From positions 1 through 22,314 of the forward strand of contig CAVTUQ010000023.1 in NCBI GenBank assembly GCA_963737905.1: 22,314 nucleotides of DNA, read 5' to 3'. The position numbers and the translations under genes were made by a program. Each line of letters opens with the position of its first letter. Within the stretch, counting starts at the first letter, position 1. The stretch is from an uncultured delta proteobacterium (GTDB taxonomy: Bacteria; Desulfobacterota; Binatia; UBA9968). Of this stretch, positions 17,071-22,314 are shown one piece after another. The notes under the pieces were generated by a model, which saw only the letters and a list, made by a program, of their open reading frames with translations, ran no database searches and was not told the origin of the DNA.

Positions 17071-18453
17071 TTATTCCTTTGCGACGTTCTCGTCGTGCAC
17101 CAGCTCGCGCATTTCAAAAATCGAAATCATCGGTAACACTCGAATGAAAAGAAACAACAAGCAAACGAACAGTCCAATGGAGCCCGCCAAGACCGCGTAG
17201 TCGACGATGGTGCCTGAGTACATGCCCCAAGCCGACGGCATAAAGTCACGCGACAAACTCACCACCACGATCACATATCTTTCGAGCCACATGCCGATGT
17301 TTACGGAAATGGCGATCACGAATAACACTGCCACGTTTGTCGTGATTTTCGGGATCCAGAGCAACTGAGGGATCAGGATGTTGAACAGGATCAGCAGCCA
17401 GTACATCCAACCATAGGGGCCAAACATCCGATTCATCATCATATATTGCTCGAAGATGTCGCCGCTGTACCAGGCGAAGAACGTCTCCATCAGATACCCG
17501 TATGCGACGACCATACCGGTGGCCAGCATCACGATGCCCATGTTTTTCAAGTGGCGCAGCGTGATGAAATCTTCAAGGCCGTAAAGTTTGCGCAGCGGAA
17601 TCGCAATCGTCAGAACCATGGCAAAACCGGAGTAAATCGCCCCCGCAACGAAGTAAGGGGGAAAGATGGTTGAGTGCCAGCCGGGAACGAGAGCCACCGC
17701 AAAGTCAAAGCTCACGACCGTGTGGACCGAAACGACGAGAGGGGTCGCCAACCCGGCGAGCAGGAGATAGGCCATTTCGTAACGATGCCAGTGCATCGCT
17801 GAACCGCGCCAGCCCATCGCCAGCATTCCATAAATAAATCGTGGAACCCGATTGCGCGCCCGGTCCCGCAAGGTCGCAAGATCGGGGATCAATCCGAGGA
17901 ACCAAAAGAGTAGCGAAACCGTAAAGTACGTGGAGACGGCAAATACATCCCACACGAGCGGACTGCGGAATTGAGGTTGAATGCCCATGGTGCTGGGATA
18001 GGGAAATAACCAGTAACCAAACCATGGCCGGCCCAGATGCAACAGAGGGAATATGCCCGCGCAGGCAACCGCGAACAATGTCATCGCCTCTGCGAAGCGA
18101 TTTATCGACTGGCGCCACTTCTGGCGCATCAGCAAGAGAATGGCCGATATCAAGGTCCCCGCATGGCCGATACCGATCCACCAGACGAAATTGACGATGG
18201 CGAACCCCCACGCCACCGGGATCATGATGCCAAATAGGCCGACCCCAACGGTAATGAGCGCGGCAATGCAATAGAGCAAGACCAAGACGAGGACAAAGGA
18301 CAGGCCGAATCCCACATACCAGAACCGCGGCGTGCGGCCCGTTAAGACAATCGAACTGATCTTATCGGTAATGGAACCGAAGGTATGGCCAGGTCCGATG
18401 ATCGCGGGCTCTGATTGCGACTCTGACGATCCGTTTTCTGGTTTGGCATCCAT
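17071..18453 (-). CDS. actC: Alternative complex III quinol-binding subunit ActC (NrfD/PsrC family), 460 aa
   Basis: WGFAIVNFVWWIGIGHAGTLISAIL, NRFAEAMT, HLGRPW, SPLVWDVFAVSTY, SVHTVVSFDFA, GMWLERY. Confidence 0.96.
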   Translation of the reverse strand: MDAKPENGSSESQSEPAIIGPGHTFGSITDKISSIVLTGRTPRFWYVGFGLSFVLVLVLLYCIAALITVGVGLFGIMIPVAWGFAIVNFVWWIGIGHAGTLISAILLLMRQKWRQSINRFAEAMTLFAVACAGIFPLLHLGRPWFGYWLFPYPSTMGIQPQFRSPLVWDVFAVSTYFTVSLLFWFLGLIPDLATLRDRARNRVPRFIYGMLAMGWRGSAMHWHRYEMAYLLLAGLATPLVVSVHTVVSFDFAVALVPGWHSTIFPPYFVAGAIYSGFAMVLTIAIPLRKLYGLEDFITLRHLKNMGIVMLATGMVVAYGYLMETFFAWYSGDIFEQYMMMNRMFGPYGWMYWLLILFNILIPQLLWIPKITTNVAVLFVIAISVNIGMWLERYVIVVVSLSRDFMPSAWGMYSGTIVDYAVLAGSIGLFVCLLFLFIRVLPMISIFEMRELVHDENVAKE

Positions 18454-18457
18454 GGCG

Positions 18458-21400
18458 TTACGCGTCTTCGATCTCCGGGTTCGGATTGCTGAGCTTTGCC
18501 TGATAGGTTGTACGCGGCTTGGTGTTTAACTCGGTCAGCAGCCCGTAATTTAGCGACTCGGCTTTAAGCTTGGACACCCGGCTGTCGGGATCGTTGATAT
18601 CACCGAACGCGATGGCCTGTGTCGGACAGGCCTGCTGGCAAGCGGTGACGATTTCGCCATCGCCGACTTTGCGATTTTCCTTTTCGGCGGTGATCTTCGC
18701 CTGATTGATCCGCTGTACGCAGTAGGTGCACTTTTCCATGACGCCGCGGGAGCGCACCGTGACATCGGGATTGCGCAAAGGCTTTAAGCTCGGCGTTTGA
18801 AAATCGCTGTAGAGAAAAAAATTGAACCGCCGGACCTTGTAGGGACAATTATTCGAGCAGTAACGCGTCCCCACACAGCGGTTGTAGACCATATCGTTTA
18901 ACCCTTCCTCACTGTGATTGGTCGCTCCCACCGGACAAACCAGTTCACAGGGCGCGTTCTCGCATTGCATGCAGGGCACCGGCTGGTGGAACATCTGCGG
19001 ATTTTCCAGCCCGCCTTTGTAGTAGCGATCGACGCGTATCCAGTGCATCTCCCGGCCGCGCAGCACTTCCTTTTTACCGACCACGGGGCTGTTATTTTCG
19101 GCCACGCACGCCACGACGCAGGCATTGCACCCGATGCACGAGTTGATGTCGATCGCCATGCCCCAGGCATAGCCGTCGTATTTGAATCCGGGATAGAGAC
19201 TACCGTGCGGCTTTTCTTCTTCTTCACTCTCCTGAACAAAATTAGAATTCTTCCGATATTCCTCCAGAGTGCCGGCCCGCAGCAGGTGGCGCCCCTCCAT
19301 CAAATGATGAAACTGCGTGCACGCGAGCGGGTGTTGCTCGCCGGTTCTGCGGATTTGGAGTCCCGAGCCGTGCCAAAAAGCGTCCGACGTTCGGAGAGAA
19401 TTCGCATTGAAACCGGTTTTCGTCCCAACTCTGCCCGCGCGTGTACGGCCATATCCCAGATGGAGGGTCACACAGTCGTCGGCATGTCCAGGTAAAATCC
19501 ACGCGGCGCCCCGCACTTTTCGCCCTTGGTACTCGAGCTCAACGACGTCGCCGTAAATCGTCCCATGCTCACCACCGGTTGTACCGACACGATAAGTGAG
19601 ACCCAGCCGTTCGGCGGTCGCCGGGCTAACCAATACGGCATTGTCCCAGGTAAGCTTCGTCAGCGGCTTGGGCAATTCTTGGAGCCAGCCATTGTTAGCG
19701 AAACGGCCATCATAAATCGTTGGATCAGGCCGAAATAGGATTTCCAGATCGCTTTTATTGGTTTTCGAAGCACCCGTGACCCACGAAGATAGATCCCGTT
19801 TCAACGACACTTGCTTCGCCGGCGCCCCGGTCCCATGCAGGATGCCATCGTGGACTGCAGTCCGCCAAAACGTTTCAAAATCCGGACCCGGATGCTGTTG
19901 TTTCCAGTATTCCCGGACGATTTCATAGCTTGTGCGCCCGGGCTGGCCCATCAATGTGGCGAGGATTTCATGCGCCGTCCGGCCCTCGTACAACGGCGCA
20001 ATCAAGGGTTGGATGATCGAAGCCGTACCGTCGAAGGCGCGCACGTCGCTCCAGGATTCCAGGTAATGGGCTTCGGGGATGTGCCAGTGGCACAGCGCGG
20101 AAGTCTCATCGTCGTACAGCGAAAGGTGAACGCTGAAATTCGATTTCACCAGCAGGCTCGCAAAGTTAATATCCGCCGGAACCGTGTACACCGGATTTCC
20201 ACCGATCATGATCAGCACTTGCACCGCATTGGCTTCCATATCTCCCACGAGCTCACGGAGCGAGTCGATCGGGTTGATGGGTTTCGTCTCAACCGGCTCC
20301 GTATAGGTAACCGTGTTTTCCACGTTACCCAATGCTTGATTCATTGCATGCGCCAGCGCGTGAACCACGGGAGGTTGTGGATCTCCGGCCAAAACCAGGC
20401 TTCGGCCGCGGTGTTTTTGCAGATCGCGAATCAGCGCACGTGTCCATTTGTCATAGCGCGCGGGAACCGCCGGAGCCTCCCCAGGCAGCTCAACACCGAG
20501 ACCCTTTGCAACAATTCTTGCGAAGCCCTCGATATCATTGGGACCGAGAGGCAGCCGATGGTCCGCCATGGAGCCGGTAACGCTGGGCGTGCTCTCCACG
20601 ACATAGAGCCGATTCATTTCTGCTTTTGGCTCGCTGACGCGCCGTTTGTTCGCAAAGTCGCGGGCATAACGAATGCTTCCCGGACCAAAATATAAGAAAT
20701 CCGAATCCAGGGACAAAATTACCTCGGCTTTATCCAGCCGATAGAGAGTCTCGACCGCTTCACCGAAAGCAAGCCGGGAGCCTTCGTATACGTAACCACG
20801 GCCGACAGGCTCGTATTGATGCCACTTGGCCCTAGGAAACTGTTTCAACAGTTGATTGAGCTGATACGTCAACGTCGGCGAGGTTATGGTTTCGGTCAGA
20901 ATCCGCAGCCCCGCGCCCTGGGTCAAGCGCTGGGTTTCGAGTTCGGCGTTTAGAGCGGAAAAAAACCGATTCCAGGTGCTGATCATGCCGGCATTGCTCA
21001 ATACGTGAGAACGATCCGGATCATAAAAATCCAAAGCGGAAGCCTGCATAAAGACGTCGCTGGAGCCAAGGCTTGCCGGGTGTTCGGGGTTGCCCTCGAT
21101 TTTCGTCGGACGTCCCATATGACTTTCGGCCAAAACCCCGCGGCCGAACCCGCCGAGCGGCATCGCCGTCGCAAAGAAGAGCGGCTTGCCGGGGATGATT
21201 TCTTCAGGCTGATTCACGTAGGGAACAATTTTTTCGTCCGGCGGCGCAGGCGCCGGACTCACGCAACCGCCGAGACCCGCCAGCGCCAGCGAGGCACCCA
21301 TGAATTTTAGAAAACTCGGCGGTCGAGTGAATCCATCCATACGGACGCGTGACGGGGAAATTCCTGATGCAGGAGCGCTTTAAATTCTTCAGTCTCAGCC

Positions 21401-21516
21401 AGCTCTTCGAGGCCGCGCCAGTACTCCACGCCGCGAAGCGTGCCCAGGCGCGTGCGAATCGAAGCCAGGTCGAGCGGTTTAGTTTCGAGTTTAGGGTTTC
21501 GAGTTTCGTGTTTCAC
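18458..21516 (-). CDS. actB: Alternative complex III subunit ActB (molybdopterin-oxidoreductase-like domain plus Fe-S domain), frameshifted near 21311-21317; about 1019 aa if repaired
   Basis: The 5' ORF (21307-21516) has the conserved YWRGLEEL...EFP...DRR; the main ORF continues FLKFMGASLALAGLGGC, GRPTKIEGNPEHP, and Fe-S motifs CIGCNACVVAC, CMQCENAPCELVCP, CVGTRYCSNNCP, CTYC...CQQACP. GTG 21516 has GGAG 5 nt upstream. Confidence 0.92.
21481..21515. repeat. Five-unit 7-bp tandem repeat (AGTTTCG consensus) at the 5' end of actB
   Basis: AGTTTCG AGTTTAG GGTTTCG AGTTTCG TGTTTCA. Confidence 0.75.
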
Positions 21517-21556
21517 ATGAACTCCAAATCCAGGAGCATTGCCACTATTCGTAGCA

Positions 21557-21604
21557 TTCCCATTTTCCAATGTTCCATTACTCCAGTACTCCATCACTCC
21601 ATTT
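21557..21604. repeat. Six-unit 8-bp tandem repeat (YTCCANNN) in the actA-actB junction
   Basis: TTCCCATT TTCCAATG TTCCATTA CTCCAGTA CTCCATCA CTCCATTT; TCCA recurs every 8 nt from 21566 to 21598. Confidence 0.75.
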
Positions 21605-22255
21605 CTACCGATGGCATGTCGAACAACTCGTTAGCTTTTCAATTTTGTATTCCTTCACCAGTTTTTCTCCCAGCGCGAGTTGATCCGCTGGATATTGATA
21701 ATCCATGCGGAACACATAATCGCGCGGCCGCACGAAGCGCTCCGGCGCGCGGTGACATTCCAGACACCAGTCCATATAAAGGGTATTTTCCCGCCACGTC
21801 AGCGGCATTGCATCGAACCGGCCATGGCAAGTAGTGCAGCCGACTCCCTTGTGGATATGAATGCTATGGTCGAAATAAACAAAGCCCGGAAGATTGTGGA
21901 CTCGGGTCCACTGGATCGACTTGCCGGTGCGAAAACTGTCCCGGACCGGCGCCAGCACTGGGCTATCGGGCCAGATCTGGCTGTGACAGTTCATGCAAGT
22001 TTTCGTCGGCGGGATACCGGCGAAGGAGCCTTCCTCCACCGAGGTGTGGCAGTAGCGGCAATCGATACCTTCATCGCCGACGTGATGCTTATGGCTGAAC
22101 GGAACCGGCTGGCTGCGAGCCACGCCAACTTCGGTGATATAGGGGGACTCGTTGATCGCCGCCAACGCGGCGACCAATGCGATGAGCAAGAGCAGGCCGC
22201 CAAAGATACTGACCCGCGAAATCGTGTTGGTGCTCCGATGAAAAATCTGAGCCAT
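21605..22255 (-). CDS. actA: Alternative complex III pentaheme cytochrome c ActA, 216 aa
   Basis: MAQIF start, N-terminal TM helix, QPVPFSHKHH, five CxxCH motifs (CRYCH, CMNCH, CTTCH, CLECH, CSTCH). Confidence 0.95.
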   Translation of the reverse strand: MAQIFHRSTNTISRVSIFGGLLLLIALVAALAAINESPYITEVGVARSQPVPFSHKHHVGDEGIDCRYCHTSVEEGSFAGIPPTKTCMNCHSQIWPDSPVLAPVRDSFRTGKSIQWTRVHNLPGFVYFDHSIHIHKGVGCTTCHGRFDAMPLTWRENTLYMDWCLECHRAPERFVRPRDYVFRMDYQYPADQLALGEKLVKEYKIEKLTSCSTCHR

Positions 22256-22267
22256 CGACCTATTCTT

Positions 22268-22295
22268 ACTTTAGCCTATAGGTTCAGCTAAGCAA
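22268..22295 (-). promoter_or_regulatory. Possible sigma70 promoter for the act-cta operon
   Basis: TTGCTT-N16-TAAAGT, ending 12 nt before the actA ATG; imperfect match only. Confidence 0.3.
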
Positions 22296-22314
22296 GAAAA
22301 GCGCGGGTTTTTTC

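Noticed and set aside
19811-20695. 294-aa plus-strand ORF, and similar long antisense ORFs (3262-4065, 11395-12027, 18914-19495, 21680-22291)
   Set aside because: They lie opposite well-supported genes and have no recognisable motifs; these are typical shadow ORFs of GC-rich coding DNA.
18458-21340. Catalytic molybdopterin oxidoreductase or polysulfide reductase
   Set aside because: The fused Fe-S domain and the actA/C/D/E/F context identify ActB, whose molybdopterin-like domain is known to lack the cofactor.

Overview
Bacterial chromosomal window, moderately GC-rich; gene content and repeat style suggest a Deltaproteobacteria-like lineage such as Candidatus Binatia (inference only). The right half (9532-22255, minus strand) is one tightly coupled respiratory operon: alternative complex III (actA-B-C-D-E-F-G), a SCO copper chaperone and an A2-type caa3 cytochrome c oxidase (subunits II+c, I, III, IV). 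The left half (3-8076) is an uncharacterised catabolic-looking locus: an IclR regulator with a perfect palindromic operator over its start codon, three divergent MmgE/PrpD paralogues, a TcuA-like flavoprotein without tcuB, and a divergent TAXI-fold protein lacking a signal peptide. Between them lie an apparently leaderless pyruvoyl arginine decarboxylase gene, an ABM-domain gene and a frameshifted 3' remnant of a fourth MmgE/PrpD gene. Main oddities: (1) actB is broken by a one-base frameshift inside its Tat motif; (2) a three-level nested repeat (palindrome inside a 120-bp MITE with a 3-bp TSD, inside the loop of a REP-like hairpin) sits between actD and the actE lipobox without closing the actE frame; (3) 7-, 8- and 9-bp tandem arrays occur at gene junctions, one of them inside the ActB signal region. 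No rRNA, tRNA, CRISPR array or transposase was seen.
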